Of a stretch of DNA of 64,000 nucleotides, positions 26,953 through 37,615 are shown one piece after another; position 1 is the first letter of the stretch, and the number at the start of each line of letters is the position of its first letter. The notes below the pieces were generated by a model. The model saw only the letters and a list, made by a program, of their open reading frames with translations, searched no databases and was not told where the DNA came from. The stretch is from Patescibacteria group bacterium (GTDB taxonomy: Bacteria; Patescibacteriota; Microgenomatia; UBA1400; PJMF01): assembly GCA_016861205.1 (NCBI GenBank), contig BOKX01000001.1, positions 603,434 to 667,433 of the forward strand, read 5' to 3'. The translations under genes were made by a program, and so were the position numbers.

Positions 26953-28803
26953 ATGCCCAAATCAAACTTAGAGTCTTCACCGTTGTATCGGCGTGAATTC
27001 AGTGTCCGTATTCCTGTCCGAATCTACCAGGAAATTCTCAACGAGTTGCCAACCGTTCAGTGGCCTTTTACCGACGAACAGTGGGAACAGTTTGCCGTGG
27101 CAGCGGCTAAAAGTTATGACGATAACTCGTTCCTTGAAAGTTTGGTAGCTTTGTATCGCATCTCAAATGCACATGGACGCTCTTTTGATATCAGCGACTT
27201 TGAATATGGAAGTGTCGATAAACAGCAACCGCTCGACTTTGTTTTCTCTGATGAATTCTGGAACGATTTTTGGGAAATGTCCCTAAAAGGCGGTGATGCT
27301 ACCCAGGTCGGTGCAATTTGTTCCAAAGTAGAACCGGGCGGTTTTCGTTACAAAGGGCTCCTCACCCATCGATCACTAATTCGGTGTTTGCGGGGCTCAA
27401 AACTGCTACGACGAGCACATGTCAGTACCGAAATTGTCATGAAAGTCATGGAACCAATTGGTTTGCCGCTGGCTGGCGAAGTTGTCGATATCCCACGCTA
27501 TAAACAATTTTTGATTGATCAAGCTATGAGTACAGCCGTGCCAGAAGTCATCAACGCCGATCATGAACTTCGACCTGTGGCAAAGAGTGATATTCCTGCA
27601 CTCATTAAAGACCTTGATGAAACTACCTTTTTTCTGATGTTGCGCGGCATGACTACTAATATTCGCATGAAAGATTTTTCGCTAGCCAGCACCAAAGACG
27701 AGTTCTTAGCCCTGTTCCGGCACGTCGCCACCATCGTTAATTTTACGCAATTGAGAACTAGCCAGCGATATTCCGAATTTCAGCCATATTTTTTTAATCC
27801 AGATGACGAAGATGATGTGGTCTCATACTTCACCACGCACATTCCTCAGGTTTTTGGTTGTCACTTAGCTGTGTTATCAGATCTTGGTTTGTTACATCAG
27901 TACCTCAACCCTTCCAACATGATTGCCGATGGCGGCATTGCTGACTTGGATAGTATGAAAGGCCCTGCCCTTGGCCTTGGAGATCAACCCAACACCAATG
28001 TGGATATCTTGCTTGAGACCATGAATGCCACTCACTGTTATCAAGACCTGCTCTATGTTTTAGCCCAAAAAGGCTTCATTGAAGTCGAACTGACCTCCAA
28101 GTGGCCACGCCAGAATGATAGCGATGGAAACCCCATCCTTTCTTCAGATGAAATTGACACAGCCCGAGCCATTATGTACTTGTCATACCTCACCAACTGT
28201 CACACTACAGATTTGGAAAGCTTTTGTTTTATGCTGCGTGTGGAACCACTCCTGCTGGCTGAGATGATGGCCCTGATGGAAATAAATCCTGAAATGGCTG
28301 ATCAAATTTGGACAAATGTCAGCCAGAATATTCCCTGGTTTGAGCCACTTGCTATCACCGCAGAAGACTTGCTTAAAGAGTTTGCGCAAACCAAAGTCTC
28401 ACAAGCTGACAGACCAAGCGACTTCGAAACAATTGTTGGTCAGATGATGATTGAAATCATCCGCACCCGGTCTGGCGCGTTGTTCACTGAGTACCAGGAG
28501 TACGCCATTAAACAAATTAGCTTAGAAGTGATTATGAAGTACGGTGACGAACTCAGTGAAATTACTCAAAAATTTGGTGAAGACGTGGCCGATGTGATTC
28601 AGAATTTTATGACCGCTCAAGAAGCTGAGCGAATTATGCAACCGCTGCTCATGAAAATGGCCTTTGTCCTGCGGCCACCGGCTGAATTACTAGCACAGTT
28701 ACCAGAGGGAAACCCGCTTCGCGTTCTCCAGGAACTGCTGCCTGCTGTCAATCAGCCCCCCACATCACCAGCTATCAGCAGTAGTGCTGAAAATAGTTCT
28801 TAG
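26953..28803 (+). CDS. Large hypothetical protein (616 aa, no recognisable domain)
   Basis: Long uninterrupted ORF with protein-like composition. Co-directional, 30 nt downstream of the AT-hook gene. Confidence 0.45.
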   Translation: MPKSNLESSPLYRREFSVRIPVRIYQEILNELPTVQWPFTDEQWEQFAVAAAKSYDDNSFLESLVALYRISNAHGRSFDISDFEYGSVDKQQPLDFVFSDEFWNDFWEMSLKGGDATQVGAICSKVEPGGFRYKGLLTHRSLIRCLRGSKLLRRAHVSTEIVMKVMEPIGLPLAGEVVDIPRYKQFLIDQAMSTAVPEVINADHELRPVAKSDIPALIKDLDETTFFLMLRGMTTNIRMKDFSLASTKDEFLALFRHVATIVNFTQLRTSQRYSEFQPYFFNPDDEDDVVSYFTTHIPQVFGCHLAVLSDLGLLHQYLNPSNMIADGGIADLDSMKGPALGLGDQPNTNVDILLETMNATHCYQDLLYVLAQKGFIEVELTSKWPRQNDSDGNPILSSDEIDTARAIMYLSYLTNCHTTDLESFCFMLRVEPLLLAEMMALMEINPEMADQIWTNVSQNIPWFEPLAITAEDLLKEFAQTKVSQADRPSDFETIVGQMMIEIIRTRSGALFTEYQEYAIKQISLEVIMKYGDELSEITQKFGEDVADVIQNFMTAQEAERIMQPLLMKMAFVLRPPAELLAQLPEGNPLRVLQELLPAVNQPPTSPAISSSAENSS

Positions 28804-30608
28804 TACAGTTCGTACTTGCTGAGCAATTTTTTGTTACCTTCAATTTGATACTTCAATAGTTCTGAGTATAAGCCTGGTCGTTTGGCTAGCTCTGGTGGTC
28901 GCCCCATGTCTGCGATCGTACCGTTGTCGAGCACCACAATTCGGTCCACGTTCTGAATCGTTGAAAAGCGGTGGGCAATAATCAGTACTAAGCGATTCTT
29001 GAACAATTTTTCTAATGCATCCTGTACCAATCGCTCGGACTTTGAGTCCAAGCTACTAGTGGCTTCGTCGAGAATCAGAATGGGTTTGTCGTGCAAAATG
29101 GCCCGAGCAATTTGAATCCGTTGTTTTTGACCGCCCGATAGTTTGACACCTCGCTCACCGATTTGAGCATCCAAACCATCTTTGAACTTTGACACAAACT
29201 CGTAGGCATTCGCTTGTTTAAGGGCTTTGATAATTTCAGCATCAGTGGCACCTTTGACGCCATACGCCACATTCTCACGAATCGTTGAAGAGAATAACTC
29301 GTTGTCTTGGAACACCAACGCCATGTGTGATCGCACCCACGCGTGACTGACCGAGCCGTACTTCTGCCCTGACAAGGAGATATGTCCTGCTGTTGGTTCA
29401 TAGAGTTTCAGAATTAAGTTAATTAATGTCGTCTTGCCAGCCCCGGAGTTACCGACTAAGGCAACGGTTTCTTGCTTATCAAGCTGAAGATTAATGTCAT
29501 GTAAAACTGGGTTGTCAGGATCGTACGAGAAACTCACCTGTTCGAAGGCAAGCTCTGGGTGCTTCACCACAGGTGCCAATGGCTTGGTTTGATAAACCTC
29601 ACTGCCCTCTAAATCTAAAACTTCAAAAAAGGCTTTTGAGTCAGCTTCCGCTTGCTGCACCTGTTCCAAAATGTAACTCATTCCAAACAGTGGCCAGCGC
29701 AACTGGTTCAAAACCTGGATAATTAGCACCATCTCACCTAATGTCAGGGTGCCTAAAAAGGTGCTCCGGAAAATCAAAAACAAAATAATCACGAACGCTA
29801 CCTCAAGCCCAAAACCACGAACAAAATTGAGCACGTGATACTCAGTTGATTGGTGATCGTAAATATCATTAATGTGTTGGTACTGGCTGGAAACATGCTT
29901 CCACTCTCGTTGTTGCGTGTTGTACGTTTTAACTAGCTTTATGTTGCTTATCACTTCTTGGATGCGACCTCGCACTGAGTCTTCATAGACATTCTTTTTG
30001 GCTTGCGACATCCCCCAGCGGCGGGTGGAGTAGCTGGAAATGGCGATATATATGGGGAAAACTGCTAACGCCAATAGCCCGATGGTGACATTAAAGTACA
30101 TCAAAACAGCAATGCCAAAGAAAGCCTGTAAAAGGGCTGGGGCCATGAAGTTTGTGGTCGAACCAACAAACTCTCGAATTGATAAAATTCCTCGATTGAG
30201 CTGGTTGACTATCTTGCCAGAAATTTCTGAGTCAAAGTACTTTTGAGGCAAAGAAAATATCTGTCGATAATAAACTTCTGTTAAGTAGCGTCCGAGTCTT
30301 GATGAAATAAAATCACCGAGACGCTGGCTGATCGAACTTAAAATAATCCCGCCTAAATTTATAACCAGAATAAGTGCAAAGAGCAGGATCAGTCTTTGAT
30401 AGTTGCCCGTGCCGTTCCCGATCTGGTTTGACAACTCGTCGACAACATACTTCAAAGTGATTGGCGTAGCTTGCTGCAAGATGGCTTGAATTGTGATCAA
30501 GCCACAAGCTACCCACATCCAGCCGTGCATAGGTTGCGAAAGTTTGATGATCTTTATGATATTTTTCACAGTTAGAAAGGTATGATAACAATCCAGTTTA
30601 CCGAGCAC
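28800..30608 (-). CDS. ABC transporter, fused permease/ATPase (type I exporter, MsbA-like)
   Basis: N-terminal 6-TM domain, Walker A GNSGAGKTT, signature LSGGQKQR, Walker B ILILDEATS. Confidence 0.85.
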   Translation of the reverse strand: MLGKLDCYHTFLTVKNIIKIIKLSQPMHGWMWVACGLITIQAILQQATPITLKYVVDELSNQIGNGTGNYQRLILLFALILVINLGGIILSSISQRLGDFISSRLGRYLTEVYYRQIFSLPQKYFDSEISGKIVNQLNRGILSIREFVGSTTNFMAPALLQAFFGIAVLMYFNVTIGLLALAVFPIYIAISSYSTRRWGMSQAKKNVYEDSVRGRIQEVISNIKLVKTYNTQQREWKHVSSQYQHINDIYDHQSTEYHVLNFVRGFGLEVAFVIILFLIFRSTFLGTLTLGEMVLIIQVLNQLRWPLFGMSYILEQVQQAEADSKAFFEVLDLEGSEVYQTKPLAPVVKHPELAFEQVSFSYDPDNPVLHDINLQLDKQETVALVGNSGAGKTTLINLILKLYEPTAGHISLSGQKYGSVSHAWVRSHMALVFQDNELFSSTIRENVAYGVKGATDAEIIKALKQANAYEFVSKFKDGLDAQIGERGVKLSGGQKQRIQIARAILHDKPILILDEATSSLDSKSERLVQDALEKLFKNRLVLIIAHRFSTIQNVDRIVVLDNGTIADMGRPPELAKRPGLYSELLKYQIEGNKKLLSKYELY

Positions 30609-30668
30609 AACCCGAAAACAAACTCTGGGAACAGCATCTCAACGCAAGCGGCAGCTACCAGCTTGAAT

Positions 30669-31847
30669 CTACTCCATCACAAACGTCAGGGCCTGGCCTA
30701 CCTTACCCGCTCGGCCAGTTCGACCAATGCGGTGAACGTAGTCATCGTAGGTAGTTGGTTCATCAAAGTTGATCACGTGGGTGACACCATCGACGTCGAT
30801 ACCACGCGCAGCTACGTCAGTAGCTAGTAACACTTTGACCCGACCTTGTTTCAAATCTTGGAGAGACTTCAAGCGCGCATTTTGGCTTTTGTTTCCATGG
30901 ATCGCACTCACCCGCACCCCACGATTAAACAGTTGGGTCTGTAGTTTGTTGATACCATGTTTCGTTCGACCAAAAACAATCACTTTTTCAAACTCAACTT
31001 GTTGCAATAACTGATGTAAAACATCAATTTTGCTTTCACCAGGTTTGAGCTTAATGACGTCTTGGTTGATGTGCTGTGCTGTCACCTGCTTAGCCACACT
31101 GACTTTGACTGGCTGATGTAAAAATCGAGCCATAATTTGTTCTGTTTCAGCATTCATCGTAGCGCTAAACAAAGCGGCTTGCCGCTCAGCTGGCAGCTGT
31201 GAAATCAGAAACAGAATGTCTTTGCGAAATCCGATATCCAGCATTCGATCAACTTCATCCAAGACTACATTAGTGTAGAGTTCTGGTTTGAAGGCCTGTC
31301 GCTGGATCAAATCTTTAATCCGGCCCGGAGTTCCCACGACAAAGTGAGGGTCACTCTGGAGTCGGTTAATTTGATTGTTGATGTTCATGCCGCCAATACA
31401 AGATGCCAAACCAATTGGCATGTTTTTTGCGAACGCGGTTAGTTCATCAAAAATCTGGACAGCCAGTTCTCGGGTGGGAGCTAAAATCAACACACCCTGA
31501 TTTGAGTTCAGTAGTACTTTATTGATGAGAGGTAACAAAAAGGCAGCTGTTTTGCCGGTGCCAGTGTTGGCAATTCCGACTACGTCGCGGCCCGCCATGA
31601 GATTGGGAATCGCTTGATCTTGGATTGGAGTAGGTACAGTGTACCCACGTCTGGCTACAGCTTCCACGAGTTCTGGCTCAAAGCCAAAGTCGGCAAAGCT
31701 ATGAGTGACTTGATAGCTGGCTGTTTCAGCTACTGGTTGGGCAGCATGAACGTACCGCGTCCAATGAGTGGTAGCAGTACTGGTAGGTAATGAAGCGGAC
31801 CGCTGTGGACGGAAAAACCGACCTCGTCCGCGTGACGAATATGACAT
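30669..31847 (-). CDS. DEAD-box ATP-dependent RNA helicase
   Basis: Q-motif/TPIQ, Walker A GTGKTAAF, DEVD (Walker B), SAT, HGN...ARGID, HRIGRTGRAG. Start set at the internal ATG (cat 31845-31847) preceded by an AAAGGA Shine-Dalgarno; the N-terminus is RG-rich. Confidence 0.85.
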   Translation of the reverse strand: MSYSSRGRGRFFRPQRSASLPTSTATTHWTRYVHAAQPVAETASYQVTHSFADFGFEPELVEAVARRGYTVPTPIQDQAIPNLMAGRDVVGIANTGTGKTAAFLLPLINKVLLNSNQGVLILAPTRELAVQIFDELTAFAKNMPIGLASCIGGMNINNQINRLQSDPHFVVGTPGRIKDLIQRQAFKPELYTNVVLDEVDRMLDIGFRKDILFLISQLPAERQAALFSATMNAETEQIMARFLHQPVKVSVAKQVTAQHINQDVIKLKPGESKIDVLHQLLQQVEFEKVIVFGRTKHGINKLQTQLFNRGVRVSAIHGNKSQNARLKSLQDLKQGRVKVLLATDVAARGIDVDGVTHVINFDEPTTYDDYVHRIGRTGRAGKVGQALTFVME

Positions 31848-32001
31848 AGTTCCTTTAACTAAGTACGCTGCGGAGAGAATCGCATGCTTCACCAAAAGAG
31901 GAAAAGTTTCAAACCGAAGACTTTCATTATAACCCAAAACGTCCTATAAGTCAAAAGTTGTTGTGACCTAACCATCGCTCAACGACAAGAATAATCCTGC
32001 A

Positions 32002-32247
32002 CTACTCCTCAGCCTTGACATCATAACCCAGCGTTTTAACCGCCTGGATCAGCTTCCGCTGTGTCACTTGTTTTGGATCAAAAATCACTTCAGTTTTGGC
32101 CTTGGCATAGGAAGTCGTGGCTGATATCACTCCCGGAGTTTCTTCCAACGTAGCATCGATAGTTAAGCTACAACTCGTGCAGTGCATTCCCACAATGTAC
32201 AAAGTAGCTTTGGTCCCGGTAGGAGTCGATTTCGAAAATGGCCACAT
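32002..32247 (-). CDS. Heavy-metal-associated (HMA) copper chaperone, CopZ-like
   Basis: GMHCTSC metal-binding motif in an ~80-aa ferredoxin-like protein. Confidence 0.75.
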   Translation of the reverse strand: MWPFSKSTPTGTKATLYIVGMHCTSCSLTIDATLEETPGVISATTSYAKAKTEVIFDPKQVTQRKLIQAVKTLGYDVKAEE

Positions 32248-32258
32248 ATCTTCCTCTC

Positions 32259-33335
32259 TTACAAAACTTCTAGTGTTCCGGTGTACATACCCATCGAACA
32301 GCTAAAGGTGTAACGGCCCGGCTTCGTTGGCGTAAAGGTAAAAGTTTGCTGATCGTTGGCTTCCAAAAATGTATCTATGCCAAACTCTGGGAACACGAAC
32401 GCAGCTGCACACGAGTAGGTACCGTTGCTCTGCAGGGTCAACTCAACCGGCACATTTCTGTTCACCTTAATGTACCGAGGCTGATAGCCACTATTCATAA
32501 CCCTTATTAAGACTTTTTGTGGACCAGAACCTTGCCGCACTTCAGCTGATCTCTTTTCGAATCGTTCATCCGAGAAAAAGTACTCCACTGGTTGCCAAAT
32601 TTTTTGGATCGTGACCGGCGAGTCCAGTACGACCAACACCCCATTGAGTCCGTAGATGGCCATCGCCACTAAAGCCACCGCCGCCACTTGGGTAAACTTG
32701 CGATACCAACCTTCACTCAGTTTGGCTGTCGCCAAACCTAAAGCTGCGAACAAAGGTGAAGTTCCCAACACAAACACCCCCATAATCAGCGCACCTTGGA
32801 TTGGTGAACCTGAGTTAATGGCCAGCACTTCCATGGCCTGCGTCACCCCACACGGTACAAAAATAGTTACCAACCCCAACATAGCTGGAGCAAAAAGCTC
32901 CCGCCGCTGACTCGAACCCCGAACTAGCTTCTGCAAAAATTTTGGCGGCTGAAAAGCCACGTAGCGAAAAATGGGGTGTACATCCAAGAGGTTCATGGCA
33001 GTCGCGAACATAAAGAAGGCGGTAAAGGCTTGGAAAAAAAGCCGCACTCCCACGCTCAAACTAATCACGGACCCCAACCAACCCAACAAGAAACCCAACA
33101 TAATGTGAGCCACTAACTTGGAAACCAAAAACATGCCAACCGGCCACCAGTCTCGGCGGTCAATGACCGTTAGTTTGGCAGCTTGAGCTCGTTGAGCGGC
33201 CGACTTCTGTTTTTGCTCATCGTGTTCTGCATCTTTTTGGTTGGCAATCACACTGGCCAGCAGCCCGCCTTGCATAGCCAAGCAAGTTAACCCCCCAGTT
33301 GTCAGCCCTGTTAGAAAAATGATCCACAGATTCAT
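32259..33335 (-). CDS. TauE/SafE (DsbD_2)-type membrane protein fused to a C-terminal cupredoxin-like domain
   Basis: Polytopic N-terminal domain with paired Cys (GLTCLAM ... IFVPCGV) and a C-terminal soluble beta domain with Cys/His/Met (YSCAAAF...FSCSMGMYTG). This architecture is common in cop operons. Confidence 0.5.
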   Translation of the reverse strand: MNLWIIFLTGLTTGGLTCLAMQGGLLASVIANQKDAEHDEQKQKSAAQRAQAAKLTVIDRRDWWPVGMFLVSKLVAHIMLGFLLGWLGSVISLSVGVRLFFQAFTAFFMFATAMNLLDVHPIFRYVAFQPPKFLQKLVRGSSQRRELFAPAMLGLVTIFVPCGVTQAMEVLAINSGSPIQGALIMGVFVLGTSPLFAALGLATAKLSEGWYRKFTQVAAVALVAMAIYGLNGVLVVLDSPVTIQKIWQPVEYFFSDERFEKRSAEVRQGSGPQKVLIRVMNSGYQPRYIKVNRNVPVELTLQSNGTYSCAAAFVFPEFGIDTFLEANDQQTFTFTPTKPGRYTFSCSMGMYTGTLEVL

Positions 33336-33341
33336 ACTCGG

Positions 33342-35702
33342 TTACCTTTCGATGTTAGCCTTTTTGAGGCGGAGTGCATTTAAAACTACTGAGACACTTG
33401 AGAAACCCATGGCCGCACCAGCAATGGCTGGATTGAGCAAAATGCCCCAAATTGGGTACAACGCGCCAGCGGCAACTGGGATGCTGACTACATTGTAAAA
33501 GAAAGCCCAAAATAAGTTTTGTTTAATTGTCCGCATCGTCGCTCGTGCCAGGCGCACAGCAGTTGGCAGTTTCGCCAGCTGACCACCGAGCAAGGTCACT
33601 CCCGCTGACTCAATAGCCACATCGGTGCCTGTGCCCATGGCGATACCAACTTCAGCAGTGGCCAAAGCTGGGGCATCGTTAATGCCGTCTCCGACCATCG
33701 CGACTTTGTAGCCGGCTGCCTGCAGCTTCTGCACTTCGGCGGCTTTATCGCCAGGTAAAACCTCTGCTAAAACTTGATCGATACCCACTTGATTCGCAAT
33801 AGACCGAGCGGTAGCTGTTTGGTCGCCGGTCAGCAGCGCTACCTTCAGCCCCAAGCGGTGGAGAGTAGCGATAGTCTCTTTGGCCTCATCTTTAACCGTG
33901 TCAGCGATAGCCACATACCCCAGAACCTGCTTTTTGTTCATGACCAGGACTGGTGTTTTACCACTCTCAGCAAACTCGCGAATCACGGCTTCCTCAAACT
34001 GGTGCCCAAGGCTTTTAGCCAGTCGCGGGTTACCAGCCCAAATCTGCTCATGATTGATCCAGCCGGTTAAACCCTGTCCTTCGATAATCGAGAACTTGCT
34101 AACAGTTGGCAAACGCAGTTGCTCTGTTTCCGCTTTTTCTACTACGGCTTGCGCCAACGGATGCTCGGAGTGACGCTCCAAAGCGGCCAGCGTCCGCAGC
34201 AGCTGTGTCTCGGTCAGTTGACCGGCCGGGACAATGTCAGTAACAGCTGGTTGACCTTTGGTAACGGTGCCAGTTTTGTCCAAAACCATGTAGTCTACCC
34301 CACTTAGTCGTTCTAGCTGCTCGGCATTTTTGATCAAAATCCCGTGTTGGGCAGCTTTACCCACACCCACAATCACCGCCGTCGGCGTGGCCAAACCCAT
34401 GGCGCACGGACAAGCAATAACCAGGATGCCGACAAAGCTCACCACTCCCAAAGTCAGGGCTTGAGAAATAGGCATGAACTGTGAACCGACCAAAATCCAA
34501 AACGCCAACACCACAACGGCGAGCACCATCACCACTGGCACAAACACAGCCGAGATTTGGTCAGCCAATTTCTCGATTGGTGCCTTAGAACCTTGGGCCG
34601 TCTCTACCATCTTGATGATTTGTGACAACATGGTTTCACTACCGACTTGGGTGGCTTTGAACTGAAACGCGCCTTGTTTGTTGAGCGTCGCGCCGATCAC
34701 CTGGTCTCCGACTTTTTTGTCGACTGGCAACGACTCACCTGTCACCATCGATTCATCAAGTGATGAAGCTCCTTTAATAATCTCACCGTCTACTGGCACT
34801 TTTTGGCCCGGCTTCACAATCACGATGTCACCAACTTTGACTTCTTCTGCGGCCACCTCGACTTCTTTACCATCGCGTAACACAATCGCTCGTTTAGCTT
34901 GCAGACCAAGTAGCTTCTCAATAGCTTCACCAGTGCGCAACTTAGATCGGGACTCCAAGAACTTACCCAACGTGATGAAACCGATCACTACGATAGTCAC
35001 ATCATAGTAGGTCTGCTCAGTGTTCATGTATGGAGCTAAGGCATTTTCGAATGCTGACAGAATGAAGCTGTAGAGAAAGGCGGTCAGTGTGCCGATACCC
35101 ACCAAACTGTCCATGTTGGCAGCGCGATACTTAATAAATCGCCAGATTCCCAACAGGTACGGGACACCAATTACAAACATGGTGTAGGTTGCCAGGATTG
35201 GCAGTAAGTGGTGGAAAAAGACCATCATGATGTCGGGCATTTCCGGCCAAAGTCCCAGTGGTTCAGCCCCGATCTCCCAGGTCATGACAAAAACACTAAT
35301 GGCCATGAACGGAATGAGAATTTGAACTTGCCGCTTGAGTTTGGCTAACTCTTGCAGTTTTCGGACTTTTACCGCCTGGTCAGAGGTCAGAGGAGTCATG
35401 AGGTCATGACCGGCATGCGGCGAGCGATCCATATCATGTCCTGCATGTTGCTGATGCCCTTGGTTTGGCTCCATGGGCTGACTGTCATCTAGCAAAGTGT
35501 ATCCAAGTTTACTGAGCTCATGATTCATGGCTGCCACTGTGGTCTGGTCAGGGTCAAATGAGATCGTGGCCTTTTCTGTGCCGAAGTTAACTTGGCACTT
35601 TTCAACGCCTGGCATTTTTGACAAGGTCCGCTGAATGGTACTCGCACACGAGGCGCAGTGCATACCTGTAATCGGTAATGATTGGTCATGTTTAGTTGAC
35701 AT
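33342..35702 (-). CDS. copA: Copper-translocating P1B-type ATPase (CopA)
   Basis: N-terminal [12 protein letters not shown], His-rich stretch [22 protein letters not shown] ([11 protein letters not shown]), [13 protein letters not shown]. Start placed at MSTKHDQ; the track ORF extends to 35768. Confidence 0.9.
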   Translation of the reverse strand: MSTKHDQSLPITGMHCASCASTIQRTLSKMPGVEKCQVNFGTEKATISFDPDQTTVAAMNHELSKLGYTLLDDSQPMEPNQGHQQHAGHDMDRSPHAGHDLMTPLTSDQAVKVRKLQELAKLKRQVQILIPFMAISVFVMTWEIGAEPLGLWPEMPDIMMVFFHHLLPILATYTMFVIGVPYLLGIWRFIKYRAANMDSLVGIGTLTAFLYSFILSAFENALAPYMNTEQTYYDVTIVVIGFITLGKFLESRSKLRTGEAIEKLLGLQAKRAIVLRDGKEVEVAAEEVKVGDIVIVKPGQKVPVDGEIIKGASSLDESMVTGESLPVDKKVGDQVIGATLNKQGAFQFKATQVGSETMLSQIIKMVETAQGSKAPIEKLADQISAVFVPVVMVLAVVVLAFWILVGSQFMPISQALTLGVVSFVGILVIACPCAMGLATPTAVIVGVGKAAQHGILIKNAEQLERLSGVDYMVLDKTGTVTKGQPAVTDIVPAGQLTETQLLRTLAALERHSEHPLAQAVVEKAETEQLRLPTVSKFSIIEGQGLTGWINHEQIWAGNPRLAKSLGHQFEEAVIREFAESGKTPVLVMNKKQVLGYVAIADTVKDEAKETIATLHRLGLKVALLTGDQTATARSIANQVGIDQVLAEVLPGDKAAEVQKLQAAGYKVAMVGDGINDAPALATAEVGIAMGTGTDVAIESAGVTLLGGQLAKLPTAVRLARATMRTIKQNLFWAFFYNVVSIPVAAGALYPIWGILLNPAIAGAAMGFSSVSVVLNALRLKKANIER

Positions 35703-36174
35703 ACGCCTCCGGTTTAGTTTTAAACTTTTTGAGACAACCACTGGCACAAAAGTAAAACTGACGACCATGAAAGTCAGCTGAAAAATTAGCTGTGCATGGG
35801 GACAATCGCATACCGCAAACAGGGTCGTGAACGACTGGTGTTAACTCCTGCATGCTGAGAGCCAAGTGCTCAGCCAGCTCAGATCCGCGATGACGTTCAA
35901 TCAGAACATTGCGCAGTAAGTCGGTAGCTTTGACAATATTGGCATCAGCTAAGCAATAAATAATCTGTTTCCCATTACGCTCACAGGTCACAATACCAGC
36001 ATCACGCAGCACCATCAGATGTTGACTGATGTTTGCCTGTGGCAAGTCCAGCATTTCGTAAATGTCTGAGACACACAGCGGTTTATCCCGAAGGAGACGA
36101 ATAATTTCCAGTCGTCGTGGATGGGCTAACGCTTTCAGCAACTCCGCATGGAGCTCAAACATCGTTTCGTACAT
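35692..36174 (-). CDS. ArsR/SmtB-family regulator fused to a C-terminal TRASH/YHS metal-binding domain
   Basis: ArsR HTH ([47 protein letters not shown]) plus C-terminal VHDPVCGM...[12 protein letters not shown], the Cys pattern of TRASH/YHS domains. Confidence 0.7.
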   Translation of the reverse strand: MYETMFELHAELLKALAHPRRLEIIRLLRDKPLCVSDIYEMLDLPQANISQHLMVLRDAGIVTCERNGKQIIYCLADANIVKATDLLRNVLIERHRGSELAEHLALSMQELTPVVHDPVCGMRLSPCTANFSADFHGRQFYFCASGCLKKFKTKPEAYVN

Positions 36175-36215
36175 ATTCGAATAATAGAATATGTTTGACG
36201 GGCAGACAAGTGCTA
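36175..36215. promoter_or_regulatory. Candidate operator: ATATTC-N8-GAATAT inverted repeat immediately upstream of the ArsR-TRASH/copA operon
   Basis: atattcgaataatagaatat is read directly. It sits in the promoter region (minus-strand genes start at 36174). Confidence 0.3.
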
Positions 36216-36281
36216 ATTCGTCACATCAAAAACCATCTCTGAGCAACAAAATCAATCAAAAACGATGCGAGGCAAGAAATT

Positions 36282-36731
36282 TTAAGCTTTTGGTCCAGTA
36301 ATGTTTACCATCCACTGAATACCAAACTTGTCGGTAAACATGCCAAAAGTATCCCCCCAAGGGGCTTTATTGAGAGGCATCGTAATGTTGCCCCCTGCTG
36401 ACAGTTTGTCCCAAAACGCACGCAACTCAGCTTCGTTATCACCGCTCAAAGATAGACTGATGTTTGAACCAGGCTCATAACCCATCGCAGTTGAAGTATC
36501 TGAAACCATGAATGTCATACCATTTTCGGCTTCCAACATGGCGTGCATTACTCGATTGTTATCTGCTGGGTCTTGCGCCATGTTGGCTTCACCAAAAGTG
36601 GTGAGATCGAGCTTGCCGCCAAAAACACTATGGTAAAACTCGGCAACTTGACGAGCTTCACCATTAAAGTTGATATATGGATTGAGAATACTTTTCATGG
36701 GAACCTTGTGAGGTAGAAGTACTTTTGTCAT
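36282..36731 (-). CDS. VOC-family protein (PhnB / 3-demethylubiquinone-9 3-methyltransferase-like domain)
   Basis: NPYINFNGEARQVAEFYHSVFGG...FMVSD...WGDTFGMFTDKFGIQWMVN is the PhnB-like pattern. The true start is probably the internal MKSILNP. Confidence 0.6.
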   Translation of the reverse strand: MTKVLLPHKVPMKSILNPYINFNGEARQVAEFYHSVFGGKLDLTTFGEANMAQDPADNNRVMHAMLEAENGMTFMVSDTSTAMGYEPGSNISLSLSGDNEAELRAFWDKLSAGGNITMPLNKAPWGDTFGMFTDKFGIQWMVNITGPKA

Positions 36732-36801
36732 TCTAGCACGGCGAGCGTAATAAAAATTACAGTCATCCAGAATATCGAAAAGTAACTACGTTCTGGTGTG
36801 C

Positions 36802-37197
36802 TTATTCACGCACTAACCATCGCCAAACGGGAGCAGTGATGTTTTTCTTTCCAGACAGTAAGTTAATGGCTTTACTCAGCTCATACTGACTCAGCATTTG
36901 ATCAAGCGGCTCTCGCTCGGGCATGTTCCCGGTATAGTACTCTTGCAGCACTGGCAAAGCCTGCTGATTGCCGAGTTGCCCCAAGACCCACACCGCATCA
37001 TTACGGGGTCGAAAGGGCTGCTGTTCATCTCGAAGTTGTGTTATTAACGATTCAGTACACGGCTGTTGATAGCGAGCTTGAGCTAGCTGACATTGTTTAA
37101 ACACTTCGAACCCAATCACTGCGCCAAGCGCAATGTATGCACTAAGCACTAGCAGCACCATACCTATTAACACGTACGTTATGATCCTTTTTGTCAT
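36802..37197 (-). CDS. Hypothetical membrane-anchored protein with HEAT-like repeat
   Basis: N-terminal TM, then AVWVLGQLGNQQALPVLQEYY resembling a PBS-lyase HEAT repeat. Weak. Confidence 0.3.
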   Translation of the reverse strand: MTKRIITYVLIGMVLLVLSAYIALGAVIGFEVFKQCQLAQARYQQPCTESLITQLRDEQQPFRPRNDAVWVLGQLGNQQALPVLQEYYTGNMPEREPLDQMLSQYELSKAINLLSGKKNITAPVWRWLVRE

Positions 37198-37198
37198 C

Positions 37199-37573
37199 TT
37201 AACTTTTTGCCACTACCGACTTAGTTTTCCACCAACCAACCGCCATTGGCAACGCCAATGTCAGCAGGTAGTACAGATAGACATCAAGTTTGTAGTATCC
37301 ATCAGCTGGTTTGAGCAGTTGAACCAAAAAGACGTAATCGCACACTACCGCAATCACTAGCCACCCGACTGACAAGAGCGCGAATTGTGACAACGAACTT
37401 AGTTTGACCTTTTTGAACAGCACCCAGAGCGTGACTGCAATTCCGAATGGGGTGATAACCCACCCCAACAACTCAGGTGGCACGACTGCGAAGAGAATGA
37501 TTCCCAGCACATATCCAAATAGCCAGAGACCAAATCCCCAACCGAACATGTTCATGAGTAGTTGTTTTGACAT
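37199..37573 (-). CDS. Small four-TM membrane protein
   Basis: Four hydrophobic segments. Tightly stacked (2-nt gap) with the downstream gene. Confidence 0.35.
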   Translation of the reverse strand: MSKQLLMNMFGWGFGLWLFGYVLGIILFAVVPPELLGWVITPFGIAVTLWVLFKKVKLSSLSQFALLSVGWLVIAVVCDYVFLVQLLKPADGYYKLDVYLYYLLTLALPMAVGWWKTKSVVAKS

Positions 37574-37615
37574 AGCTCAACTATACCACCGCGCCAAGCG
37601 TGCTAAAATGCCTCC

